DNA of 64,000 bases from a virus. Its lineage: Duplodnaviria > Caudoviricetes. Within the stretch, counting starts at the first letter, position 1, and each line of letters begins with the position of its first letter. The notes beneath the pieces are model-generated. The model was given only the letters and a program-made list of their open reading frames with translations. It had not been told where the DNA came from and ran no database searches. Shown here piece after piece: positions 1-9,229 of this stretch. The stretch spans positions 32,001 through 96,000 of the IMG/VR virus record IMGVR_UViG_3300012979_001162. One strand, given 5' to 3'. A program made the translations under genes and the position numbers.

Positions 1-1989
1 AACACATCAACTGTAACAGCAAAGTTGCAGTTGGTAAGCCACTACGCATTATACGCTACTGCGTTGAGTGGTTCATATATTTCAGTAGGTGGCAGTAGAA
101 CGGATTACAGTACATCAATTAGTTATGGTGGCTCTGGCACTACAACAACTGTATTAGCAACAAAAACAGTCACCGTGTCGCACAACAGCAACGGAACTGG
201 TACTTGCAATCTTTCTGGTACATTTGTAATGAACGGTACTTATCGTAATATTTATGTTGGTACTATGACTGTAAGTTCAACAATTACACTACCAACAATT
301 CCTAGGGCATCGGGGTTGACCGTGCCAACAAGTGTTAATACTGGATCAGCATTGTCAGGTACAGTTTCGCCGTCTTCGACTTCATTTAATCATAAGGTCG
401 AACTTAAAATTGGTTCTACGGTCAAACAAACTATCACGTTGGCAACGGGCACCAATACTTTCAGTGCTACAATTCCACACTCTTGGCTTCCAAATAGCAC
501 AAGTGCTACAATATCTGTTGTCTTGTCAACATATAGTGGAACAACATTTATTGCAAGTGCAACCAAAAATGTAACAGCCAATGTCCCGGCTTCTGTTGTG
601 CCGTCTGTAAGTGCTTTTACCGCCGCATCATCTGTAACTAGCGGAACGTTTGCGAATTTGTATGTTCAAGGTAAGACCACTGCAAAATTAACAGCAACTG
701 CGACTGCAGGAGATGGAAGCTCTATTGCTTCATATACTTATAGTGGTTCTGGAATAAATACAACAGTTACGACTAATACTGCTACAACATCAACGCTTCA
801 GGCAACTGGTACGCAAACATATACAGTGACTGTAAAAGACGCTCGTGGAAGAACTGCAAGTAGAACGGTTTCTATAACCGTTTACCCATATTCCGCGCCG
901 TCGATTGGTCCAGTATCAGTGCAAAGATGTGACGCAAGCGGAAACCTCACGGAAAGTGGAACTTATGCAAAATATACTGTTAATTCCGCATATTCGACTG
1001 TCAATGCTAAAAATACAAGAACTGTTACCGTCGCTTATAGTAGCAACAACGGAACTTCTTATTCTGCTGAAACTACGCTACAAGCGGCAACTGATACTGC
1101 GGCAACTAAGACTGGTGTCTATGGTGGCGGAGCGTTTGCTATTGCTAGTGCTTATGTCTTAAGATTTACAATCAAGGATGCTTATGGTGCTACAAAAACC
1201 ATTACAGCCCCACTTCAGTCTGCTGCCAGACCAATTAATATCCGCTCAAATGGTAAGGGCGTATCTATCGGTGCTATGTCCACAAAAGACGCATTCGAAT
1301 GTTCACTCATTGCAGACTTTAATAAAGCCGTCAATATTGACGGTGCAGTTACTATGCAAAGCACTTTAACGACCGCCGGTGCAATAAGCCCTAAAGGCGA
1401 CATCAACATGGGTGGATTAAATGGGCAAACCAAAGAATTATATGTTAGATTTTCAAATCCAACTACATCAGAATACCCGCATAATTCTGTATTATATGGC
1501 GGAAGTCCGCTTACCGCAAACGCCATTGGATGTTATGATCAAAAAAATAGTAGAAATATCTGGAGCTATAATGATGCAAATAATGCAGTGTTTATTGGAA
1601 ACACAAATGCTCAGATATCTTTTAACGGTGCAAAATTAGCGGATTTTGTAGTAGCGCAAGGTACTAGTAGCGATTGGAACTATGCGAAATGGAATAGCGG
1701 TAAATCGGAGGCGTGGCGCACGATTGAATTGGGCGACGTGCCATTAACTTCATCGCTTGCGGGTGGTGTGTATTCAAACGCTTCATATAATGGTAGAGGC
1801 GTAACGCTTCCCACTGGATTATTTACGGCCATACCATTGGCATTTGCAAATGTTTATAGTAATGGTTATACACATTGTCAGGTTGCAAGTGCCAATACAA
1901 CACAACTTGTATATCGTTTATGGTCACCATATAGTGCAACAGTATCAGGCGTTATTGTCTCACTGTATGTTGTTGGTAAATGGAAATAA
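1..1989 (+). CDS. Phage tail/minor structural protein, C-terminal part (DUF859-like, Ser/Thr-rich beta repeats); 5' end outside window
   Basis: Frame open from window start; TLPTIPRAS and VPASVVPS segments, SVQRCDASG, and C-terminal WNYAKWNSGKSEAW typical of siphovirus tail-tip/fibre proteins. Confidence 0.75.
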   Translation, partial: NTSTVTAKLQLVSHYALYATALSGSYISVGGSRTDYSTSISYGGSGTTTTVLATKTVTVSHNSNGTGTCNLSGTFVMNGTYRNIYVGTMTVSSTITLPTIPRASGLTVPTSVNTGSALSGTVSPSSTSFNHKVELKIGSTVKQTITLATGTNTFSATIPHSWLPNSTSATISVVLSTYSGTTFIASATKNVTANVPASVVPSVSAFTAASSVTSGTFANLYVQGKTTAKLTATATAGDGSSIASYTYSGSGINTTVTTNTATTSTLQATGTQTYTVTVKDARGRTASRTVSITVYPYSAPSIGPVSVQRCDASGNLTESGTYAKYTVNSAYSTVNAKNTRTVTVAYSSNNGTSYSAETTLQAATDTAATKTGVYGGGAFAIASAYVLRFTIKDAYGATKTITAPLQSAARPINIRSNGKGVSIGAMSTKDAFECSLIADFNKAVNIDGAVTMQSTLTTAGAISPKGDINMGGLNGQTKELYVRFSNPTTSEYPHNSVLYGGSPLTANAIGCYDQKNSRNIWSYNDANNAVFIGNTNAQISFNGAKLADFVVAQGTSSDWNYAKWNSGKSEAWRTIELGDVPLTSSLAGGVYSNASYNGRGVTLPTGLFTAIPLAFANVYSNGYTHCQVASANTTQLVYRLWSPYSATVSGVIVSLYVVGKWK

Positions 1990-2050
1990 AAGAACCTCCT
2001 AAGAGAACAAAAAAAATACAAATACCTTATGATAGGAGGTGAACTATTAA

Positions 2051-2677
2051 ATGGGAGATATTATAAAAGCCATAGAGTTTTTAGGAATTCCTGCTACGAT
2101 AGCTATTGCTCTAGTCGGGCTATTTCTTATCCTTCAGATTATTGGAGAACTGTGTGAGCTGAAAGGCAAAATTGTTCCCGAGTTTTTAAAGATACGTAAA
2201 TATTTTAAACGAAAAAAGCAAGAAAAAGAAGATACGAAACGAATGATACAGGAATGCAAGCAAGCATTGTTAGAATTCAATTCGCATTATAATCCAGAGA
2301 ATATTGCTAAGCGCAATAATTGGATGCACGAGGTTGATGACAATGTAAGAAATAATGATGAATTTATACAGAAGCTTGATGGAAAAATGGATAAATTGTT
2401 GGAGACTAATGAGGCACTAACAGCTCAATTGGAACAAGTTAAAAGTAATGTATTGGAAAACGAAGCAGATCGTCTTCGCTCTGAATTGTTTGATTGTGGA
2501 AATAGATGCAGACGTCGCATTAGACTTCATCCAGAAGAAATGGACCACATGCGCGCCGTTTATCAAAAATATTCAGAGGTGTTACATCAGAATGGTCCGG
2601 GCAAGAAGGAATTTGATTTTATAGCAGATTATTATAACAAACAAGACTTTCCTGATTATCACAAAAAGAACGACTGA
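2051..2677 (+). CDS. Membrane-anchored coiled-coil protein (holin-like/lysis-module neighbour)
   Basis: AGGAGG RBS, one N-terminal TM segment, coiled coil; directly after tail gene. Confidence 0.55.
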   Translation: MGDIIKAIEFLGIPATIAIALVGLFLILQIIGELCELKGKIVPEFLKIRKYFKRKKQEKEDTKRMIQECKQALLEFNSHYNPENIAKRNNWMHEVDDNVRNNDEFIQKLDGKMDKLLETNEALTAQLEQVKSNVLENEADRLRSELFDCGNRCRRRIRLHPEEMDHMRAVYQKYSEVLHQNGPGKKEFDFIADYYNKQDFPDYHKKND

Positions 2678-2776
2678 GCGCAATCACAATGCAACCTGTT
2701 GATAAAGATGTGCTCGGAGAGTTAATTGATGGCTTGGCAGTGTTGTCAAAGAAGATCAATATTGAGAAGAAATAAT

Positions 2777-2858
2777 TTTTAACAAATTGTAAATTATATC
2801 ATACATATATTGACATTTTGATAATTTTATGGTATAATACATACGATACAAAATGATT
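2777..2858 (+). promoter_or_regulatory. Sigma-A promoter with upstream TGTWAH-type repeat and downstream operator motif
   Basis: TTTTAA-N5-TGTAAA 2777-2793, 16 bp, TTGACA 2810-2815, 17 bp, TATAAT 2833-2838, ACGATACAAAATGATT 2843-2858. Confidence 0.8.
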
Positions 2859-2936
2859 GGTGGGACAGTGGAGTAGCTACCATTGGTCGCCTTACCGACC
2901 TAACCACCTCATTTTGTTTTTTTACCTGTAAGGAGG
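2848..2936 (+). promoter_or_regulatory. Structured 5' leader (three-way junction plus anti-SD pseudoknot)
   Basis: ACAAAATGA/TCATTTTGT, GGTGG/CCACC, CAGTGG/CCATTG and GTCG/CGAC helices; loop CCTTAC complementary to GTAAGG overlapping the SD. Confidence 0.6.
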
Positions 2937-2944
2937 AGCTAAAG

Positions 2945-4183
2945 ATGAGTAAGAAAACGCATGAAGAGTTTATTAACGAAATGAAAATAAAACAACCAAA
3001 TATAGAAGTGCTTGGGCAATATATACATAGTAAATCTGGTGTTTATTGTAAATGTAAAATATGTGGTTTCGATTGTTATCCAAATGGAAAACTATGGAAA
3101 CCTATTCCGAATAATTTATTACACAAAAATCCCACGGGGTGCCCACAGTGTTCTGGAAGCGTAAAAACTCACGCAAAGTTTATACAAGAAATGAGCGAAA
3201 AACGCCCAGATATAAATGTGATGGGAAAATATAAGAATAAGCGCTCTGGAGTGCATTGCCAATGTAAAATATGCGGATTTAGTCAATATCAAGACGGAAC
3301 TGCATGGACGCCTCTACCTGAAAATCTATTGAGTGGTATGGGTTGTCCGAATTGCAATAACGAAAATAAAACATCATTTGCAGAACAAGCAATCTTATTC
3401 TATTGTAACAAGTTTACTACGGCTATAAATAGATATACTAAGTTTGGCGTTGAAATTGATATATGGCTTCCAGAACTAAATGTTGGTATTGAGTACAATG
3501 GGATGCATTGGCACAACAAACGCGAACAAAAAGACCAAATTAAATTAGATACACTTCGGAAAAATAATATTAGAACGATAACAATACAAGACAGTGGCGA
3601 AAATGCGATAATTGGAGATGTTATCATGCACGCTGGTTGTGGTAAAAAATTTAACGAGATAGATTGGGCAATTAAGCAATTGTTGGGGGTATTACATATA
3701 TCGGACGTTGAAATAAGCACTGAGCGAGACGAACAAGCTATTTATGCTCAATACGCGTCTTTAAAAAAAGAAAACAGTTTTGAGTTTAATTATCCAGATA
3801 AAGCAAAAGAATGGGATTATGATAAAAATGGCGATGTGACTCCAGATAAGGTCAACAAACAAAGTGTCAGAAAGTTTTTTAGAATTTGCCCATTATGTAA
3901 TACAAGTTATAAAACGGCTTTGGTCAATTGGATTAAGAGGGATGGATGTCGTGCGTGTGCGGGTGAAAGGCAGCGAGGATTAAATAATCCAGTGGCAAAA
4001 CCTGTGTTAATATTTGATGTTGATGGTGTACTATTCAAACAGTTTGAATGTGAAAGGGATGCCGCAAAATATCTTGGCATTAGCACGTCTTCTGCATCTC
4101 GTAGATGTAAAGATCACAAGCCTCTTGAATTTGGTGTGTGTTTAGGGTGCACGCTTTGGCATGCAAGTGATTGCAAATGTTAA
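2945..4183 (+). CDS. Free-standing putative homing endonuclease (Zn-ribbon repeats, PD-(D/E)XK/Vsr-like core, NUMOD1-like C-terminus)
   Basis: Repeated CKICG...GCPxC; EIDIWLPELNVGIEYNGMHWH; EWDYDKNGDVTP Zn ribbon; KPVLIFDVDG...AAKYLG. Confidence 0.7.
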   Translation: MSKKTHEEFINEMKIKQPNIEVLGQYIHSKSGVYCKCKICGFDCYPNGKLWKPIPNNLLHKNPTGCPQCSGSVKTHAKFIQEMSEKRPDINVMGKYKNKRSGVHCQCKICGFSQYQDGTAWTPLPENLLSGMGCPNCNNENKTSFAEQAILFYCNKFTTAINRYTKFGVEIDIWLPELNVGIEYNGMHWHNKREQKDQIKLDTLRKNNIRTITIQDSGENAIIGDVIMHAGCGKKFNEIDWAIKQLLGVLHISDVEISTERDEQAIYAQYASLKKENSFEFNYPDKAKEWDYDKNGDVTPDKVNKQSVRKFFRICPLCNTSYKTALVNWIKRDGCRACAGERQRGLNNPVAKPVLIFDVDGVLFKQFECERDAAKYLGISTSSASRRCKDHKPLEFGVCLGCTLWHASDCKC

Positions 4184-4187
4184 TATT

Positions 4188-4224
4188 AAAATAAGGCATG
4201 GATATTTCCGTGCCTTATTTTTTT
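4188..4224. terminator. Bidirectional intrinsic terminator
   Basis: AAAATAAGGCATGG-ATATTT-CCGTGCCTTATTTT between convergent genes. Confidence 0.8.
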
Positions 4225-4364
4225 GCTTCATAATATTCTTTTAATAATTTATTAATATATGAATTAACTGTTCTCGCATCTTTGTGCGCTTCCATTTCAA
4301 TTCTTATTTTCAAAGAAATTGGCACTCTTAGTGTTAAATTTATAGTGGGTTCTTTTTCTTTCAT
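4215..4364 (-). CDS. Ribbon-helix-helix (Arc/CopG-like) DNA-binding protein, 49 aa; not in ORF track
   Basis: Manual translation MKEKEPTINLTLRVPISLKIRIEMEAHKDARTVNSYINKLLKEYYEAKK; GAGGAG RBS; own TTGACT-17-TAGAAT promoter. Confidence 0.75.
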   Translation of the reverse strand: MKEKEPTINLTLRVPISLKIRIEMEAHKDARTVNSYINKLLKEYYEAKK

Positions 4365-4385
4365 TACTAATCACTCCTCATAAAT

Positions 4386-4481
4386 ATTCTAGCAATTAAA
4401 AAAATATTAGTCAATACGATTGACAAGTTTTGCACTCATAGGTATACTAATAATTAAGTTAGTGAGTGCAATCGTGTGCAA
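4386..4481. promoter_or_regulatory. Divergent promoters for RHH gene and tubR-tubZ, with inverted repeat
   Basis: + strand TTGACA 4420-4425, 17 bp, TATACT 4443-4448; - strand TTGACT-17-TAGAAT; TTGCACTCA 4430-4438 / TGAGTGCAA 4463-4471 plus a further GTGCAA. Confidence 0.65.
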
Positions 4482-4515
4482 CATCGCTTAATGGAGAGAA
4501 GGGGAGTGGAATAAC

Positions 4516-4779
4516 ATGGAACAACATGCAAAGACAAGTAGGTTTCAGATTATAATTTTATCGCTATTAAAAAATATGCAAGCAACATCGATTGCTTCTG
4601 CCGTAACGTTACATGAAATACAAGATGGTTATAATTTACAAAAGTCATATACTACTCTGTTTAGAAACGTAAAGCAATTTACACAGGCAGGATATATACA
4701 AGAAGGCCTACGAGATTATAAAAGCAAAACATACTATATCACAAATAAGGGATTAGAATTATTAATGGAGGTGCAATAA
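4516..4779 (+). CDS. tubR: Small winged-helix protein, TubR-like adaptor
   Basis: wHTH pattern (SYTTLFRNVKQF...GYIQEG...KTYYITNKG) immediately upstream of TubZ, as in phage c-st. Confidence 0.65.
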   Translation: MEQHAKTSRFQIIILSLLKNMQATSIASAVTLHEIQDGYNLQKSYTTLFRNVKQFTQAGYIQEGLRDYKSKTYYITNKGLELLMEVQ

Positions 4780-4780
4780 T

Positions 4781-5806
4781 ATGAGAGAACAAATATCAGT
4801 ATTAGGATTAGGAGCGGCTGGCTCAAATGTCGCACAATTATTTAGTGAGCTAGAATACTCAACGGCGGTGCTTAATAGTTCACAAGAAGATCTTAATGTA
4901 ATTAAAAATGTCGCTCATAAGATTAAAGTTCGTAATGGTGAGGGCGCTTCAAAAAATCGTCAAGCCATACTTAAATTAGCCGCCGAATCTATTGATGAAA
5001 TTATAGAAAATATAACGACGGTCTTAAAAAATAAATATATCATTGTGATATTTTCTGCAGGCGGAGGTACTGGATCTGGCTTAAGCACTTTTATATGTTC
5101 ATATTTGACTCAAGTTGGTAAAGTAGTGATACCTGTAGTAATTCTTCCGGACGACGCTAAAGAATCAATACGAGCATGTGAGAATACGTATAATCTTATC
5201 GCAGAGCTAAACGGCGTACAGGGTCTTGGTGCTACATTTTTATTAGATAATGCTAAACACGAAGATAAGTTCGCTATCAATAACAAATTTGTCAGAGATA
5301 TGGATGCGTTTTTAAGTATTAATAACTGCAGTCAAATGGGTAATTTAGACAAGAGTGAAATCAAGACGCTTCTCTCCACTCCAGGAGTCGCTGTGCTATC
5401 AAAACAAAGCAAAAGCAAAAGTACGGTCACTGATGTAATAGGTGGCATTAGAAACGGAATATACGCTGATATTGAGTCAAAAACTTTAATGTACTTAGGC
5501 ATTTCTACATCGAATAAATCTTTCTTAACTACTTCTTTGGAGCAAGAGTTTGGTGTGCCGTATGATACATTTATCGGATATTCTGAAGCAACAACCGTAA
5601 CCATATTAACAGGACTCCAACTTCCTATTAAACGCATAAAAAAATTTGAAGATAAAGTTAATAACATGTCTAAAATTGTACAGGAGAATTTATCAATAAA
5701 GAATTCAATTACATTTAATACATTAAACACAATTACTTCTGCCCAACCAGAAGTTAAACAAACCCATGTAACGGGCAGGGATTTGTTAATGCAATTTATG
5801 AAATAA
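4781..5806 (+). CDS. tubZ: Tubulin/FtsZ-family GTPase (TubZ, type III partition)
   Basis: GLGAAGSN, GGGTGSG tubulin signature, LLDN, NLDKSE T7-like loop. Confidence 0.9.
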   Translation: MREQISVLGLGAAGSNVAQLFSELEYSTAVLNSSQEDLNVIKNVAHKIKVRNGEGASKNRQAILKLAAESIDEIIENITTVLKNKYIIVIFSAGGGTGSGLSTFICSYLTQVGKVVIPVVILPDDAKESIRACENTYNLIAELNGVQGLGATFLLDNAKHEDKFAINNKFVRDMDAFLSINNCSQMGNLDKSEIKTLLSTPGVAVLSKQSKSKSTVTDVIGGIRNGIYADIESKTLMYLGISTSNKSFLTTSLEQEFGVPYDTFIGYSEATTVTILTGLQLPIKRIKKFEDKVNNMSKIVQENLSIKNSITFNTLNTITSAQPEVKQTHVTGRDLLMQFMK

Positions 5807-5808
5807 TT

Positions 5809-5842
5809 AAGAGTCACCGAATATGGTGGCTCTTATTTTTTT
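5809..5842 (+). terminator. Intrinsic terminator at the strand-switch point
   Basis: AAGAGTCACC-GAATAT-GGTGGCTCTT followed by ATTTTTTT. Confidence 0.8.
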
Positions 5843-5873
5843 ACGCCAAAAAGAAAAGAGGGTAACCCCCTCC

Positions 5874-7856
5874 TTAAAACACCGTTTTCTTATAACTTAT
5901 ATCTCCAATCCACAATCCTATGCTTTCCGCAATCTTGAATATAACATCATTGTTGCCTTCCCATCTGGTATAGCCTATAACATTGTTGCCTATCAGAACA
6001 CGCTCAAGCTCCTTGACGTCTGCTATTAGTTTGTAGCCACGATTCATTGGGTTTCTTTGTATAATACCTTGCTCAAGCAATTCTTCTTTTACTATTTTTG
6101 ATAAGCTTTCAAATGTTAATTTTATCCCCTGCTCTCTCATATAGAACGCAGCATTTCTTGTTACAATCTTTTCTGGATCTTTTAGTATGAATTCGTATAA
6201 TAGTTCTTTAATTTTGCGTATTTTTGATGCGCCAACCTTAAAGTAATTATTGCATAAATCATGTAGGTTGCCTTTTAGATATATATCTAGTCCGCCATCT
6301 TCATATACATTAATTTTGTCTACTAACATCAACACTTGCTTTTTAGTAATTTGTTGCGTTGTAAGAACATTATTTATTATGCTAATAGCGCCATTTAAGT
6401 TTTTTCTAACTTCTATTTCATCTATCGCTATATTTTGCATATCTGCAATTTGTTGTTCTAATACTTTTATTTCTGCGTATTTTTCATTTTGAATATCATT
6501 ATATATTTTGTTGATGCTATCTATTGAACCTGGATTTTCCATTATTTCATAGTTTTTTTGTTCTATAAGTATTTTAACTGCTTGTTGCACTCTATCTAAT
6601 TTATTTATAAGTTGCTGAATGTTATCACTACAGTCTACTCTATTAGACATTTCTGACTGTATAATTTGGTCAATGTCTTTAAGAACATTCATTAGGTTAT
6701 TTTTGCAATGTTCTAAAAATTCCAATAAAGCTTCGGTTAGGTTTGACTCTGTTATACTGTGACTTGTGCACACTGATGTGCCGTATATGTTGTACGCCTT
6801 GCACACATATCTAGTGTTACTGCCACCATTTGCTGATGTCAGCCTTGTTCCACAATCCGCACAATATAGCAATCCGGCAAATATATTTGGTCGCGTTTGA
6901 TTTTTCTTGCCTCGATAATGTTCCACCGTTCTTGATTTAATAATTTCTTGTACAAGCTTAAATGTCGGTTCGTCTATTATCGGCTCGTGATGATGCTTAA
7001 ATACATGTTGGTCTTCTTTGGGCACTGGAACCTGCTTTCCATTAATTGCCCTGTTTTTATATTTACCTAGCGTTAATGTGCCGATATAAAAATCATTATT
7101 TAACATTTGCTGTATAGCCTTGATGTCCCATTTGGTAGTTGCCTTTCTTTTGCTTACTCCACCCCTTGCCTCCGTATATTGCTTTTTTATCATTGCTGGT
7201 GTAGGTATATTTCTTTCTGTTAATTCTCTTGCTATAAGCTTCACTCCCATTCCACTTATATACATATCGAATATTTGTTTTACATATGGAGCAACCATTG
7301 GATCTACGGAATATTTGCTTTTGTCATAATGGTCTTTGACATAGCCATAAGGCACACTAATAACACACGAACCGTCCTTTTGGGCAGAAGCAAGACTTTT
7401 TCTGATTTTTTTGCTCGTTTCAACTACATATCGTTCGTTCATCCAAATTCTTATGCCGACCATATCGTGTGTTGACTCATCTAATGTGTCATAATTATCA
7501 CCAGGCGCGATAACTCTTTTGCCTGTTTCCAATATATTTTCTAGGAATAATTGAACCTTTGGTGAATGCCTTCCTATTCTAGATAAGTCTTTCACAATAA
7601 TCAAATCTACCTTGTTGTCATTTAAATCTTTTTTTAATTGATTAAAATCCGGTCTATCCATAGTGTATCCGCTATAACCGTCGTCTACATAGAACTTGGT
7701 AATGATAATTCCATTTTCTTTTGCATATTGTTCTATAATCTTTCTTTGGTTACTTATGCTCGTACTTTCCTTGTCGTCACCGTCTTCAATTGATAGCCTT
7801 AGATAGGACACACCCTCTTTTATTTCTTTGATTGGATATATTTTTCCTTTTTGCAT
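5874..7856 (-). CDS. Large serine recombinase (integrase) with C-terminal extension
   Basis: YLRLS catalytic Ser, DDGYSG, KDLSRIGR, PYGY, HEPII, CADCG...YVC...C Zn ribbon, coiled coil. Confidence 0.92.
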   Translation of the reverse strand: MQKGKIYPIKEIKEGVSYLRLSIEDGDDKESTSISNQRKIIEQYAKENGIIITKFYVDDGYSGYTMDRPDFNQLKKDLNDNKVDLIIVKDLSRIGRHSPKVQLFLENILETGKRVIAPGDNYDTLDESTHDMVGIRIWMNERYVVETSKKIRKSLASAQKDGSCVISVPYGYVKDHYDKSKYSVDPMVAPYVKQIFDMYISGMGVKLIARELTERNIPTPAMIKKQYTEARGGVSKRKATTKWDIKAIQQMLNNDFYIGTLTLGKYKNRAINGKQVPVPKEDQHVFKHHHEPIIDEPTFKLVQEIIKSRTVEHYRGKKNQTRPNIFAGLLYCADCGTRLTSANGGSNTRYVCKAYNIYGTSVCTSHSITESNLTEALLEFLEHCKNNLMNVLKDIDQIIQSEMSNRVDCSDNIQQLINKLDRVQQAVKILIEQKNYEIMENPGSIDSINKIYNDIQNEKYAEIKVLEQQIADMQNIAIDEIEVRKNLNGAISIINNVLTTQQITKKQVLMLVDKINVYEDGGLDIYLKGNLHDLCNNYFKVGASKIRKIKELLYEFILKDPEKIVTRNAAFYMREQGIKLTFESLSKIVKEELLEQGIIQRNPMNRGYKLIADVKELERVLIGNNVIGYTRWEGNNDVIFKIAESIGLWIGDISYKKTVF

Positions 7857-7914
7857 ACATACGCCACCCTTCCATTGTTGTTTCTTTTAGATGACATTAT
7901 TGTACCATAAAGGA

Positions 7915-8100
7915 CTATTGCTTTACTATAGATTTGATGAAATTATATAAATTTTCTTTCAATTCCCCATCTCCACTAACACAAATACTGAGTCTGTATT
8001 CTTTGGAGATGTCGTCATGCGCGAATGCTTCTCTGATCTGCTTAATCTCTGTTGTTGTAATGGTTGTGGGAACGAAGATTGTAATTATGCCCTTTTTCAT
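7915..8100 (-). CDS. Small hypothetical protein upstream of the recombinase
   Basis: 61-aa ORF coupled (ATGA) to preceding gene. Confidence 0.6.
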   Translation of the reverse strand: MKKGIITIFVPTTITTTEIKQIREAFAHDDISKEYRLSICVSGDGELKENLYNFIKSIVKQ

Positions 8101-8642
8101 TTTGAGATGTCCTTATCAAAATATCCGAAGCAAATGAAATCAATCTGAGTGTATGGCTTGTACCCATCCCACTTAAAATGATAATCTGATCTAAAGTACA
8201 TTACATACGGTGGAAGAGTGCATCCATTTTGTAACACCAAATCAACCGCTGTGTAATTTAGTTCCGTAGGCGTTGTTTTATAAAGCAAATTTGCAGGCGT
8301 GAATTGATACGGTGAATATATTACATCTTCCAAAGTATCTCCCCATCTACCATCTTGCCATCTATTAATAACCGTAGATGCCACTGCCATTTGACACTCA
8401 AGGCTTTCCGTGTTGGCTTCTCGATATACTAATCTTGCTAACATTTCCCTTTCTGTTGATGTAATGTCATAGGCATATATGGGCTCTTTTATCACCTCAA
8501 CAATCACTTCTTTTTCTACCTCTTTGATGATTTCTATCGTTTCAGCTTCTTTGGGTATGATTGCAATAATAATGCAAAGTAATATTATAATGCTTATTAG
8601 TTTTATAATAATACAATAGTAAGTTCGTTTTTGTTCTTCCAT
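8097..8642 (-). CDS. Cell wall hydrolase, SleB/Hydrolase_2 family, N-terminal TM anchor
   Basis: LARLVYREA...MAVASTVINR...VIYSPYQF. Confidence 0.85.
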   Translation of the reverse strand: MEEQKRTYYCIIIKLISIIILLCIIIAIIPKEAETIEIIKEVEKEVIVEVIKEPIYAYDITSTEREMLARLVYREANTESLECQMAVASTVINRWQDGRWGDTLEDVIYSPYQFTPANLLYKTTPTELNYTAVDLVLQNGCTLPPYVMYFRSDYHFKWDGYKPYTQIDFICFGYFDKDISK

Positions 8643-8704
8643 TTATACCACTCCTTAAAAATAAAAAGAGGTGATAAATTGATACCACCTCTATGAAATT
8701 TTAG

Positions 8705-9217
8705 TTACTTGCCTGAACTACCAAGTGCTCCGAGTCCACGCTCTGACTTGATGTTCTGAAGTTCCTCGTATGAAACCTCTTCTACTTCTGTTTTAGGGAC
8801 AGGAATTACAAGTGCCTGGGCAATAGCCTTAGAATATGGATACACAAAGCTTTCAGGCATTGTGGTGCCGTAATAATTGCCGTAAGTCTCCATCTCGGTT
8901 AATTTAGAAATAAACATAACCTTATCAGTTGTATTAGTTAAGCCAATGAACCATTCGTTACGATACCCGGAATCAATTACTCCACATCGTCTTGCAATAC
9001 CCTTCGAACCTGTACTGCCTCTTTCAAAAACAAGAAAGCCATAGTCGGAACTACAAGCACTTGCGATGCCGGTAGGGATGAGTTTAGTTTCGTGAGGTTC
9101 GATTACTATATAATCCTCATCAAAACAAGCATAAATATCAAAACCCATATCCTCGTCACGTTTACTAGGGATCTTGGCATCAGGTCTGACTTTTGCAAAT
9201 TTTACATTAGTTACCAT
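8705..9217 (-). CDS. dut: dUTPase (trimeric)
   Basis: GFDI, IPTGI, ERGS, GVIDSGYR, ERGLGALGSSG motifs. Confidence 0.95.
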   Translation of the reverse strand: MVTNVKFAKVRPDAKIPSKRDEDMGFDIYACFDEDYIVIEPHETKLIPTGIASACSSDYGFLVFERGSTGSKGIARRCGVIDSGYRNEWFIGLTNTTDKVMFISKLTEMETYGNYYGTTMPESFVYPYSKAIAQALVIPVPKTEVEEVSYEELQNIKSERGLGALGSSGK

Positions 9218-9229
9218 ATTTGCACCTCA

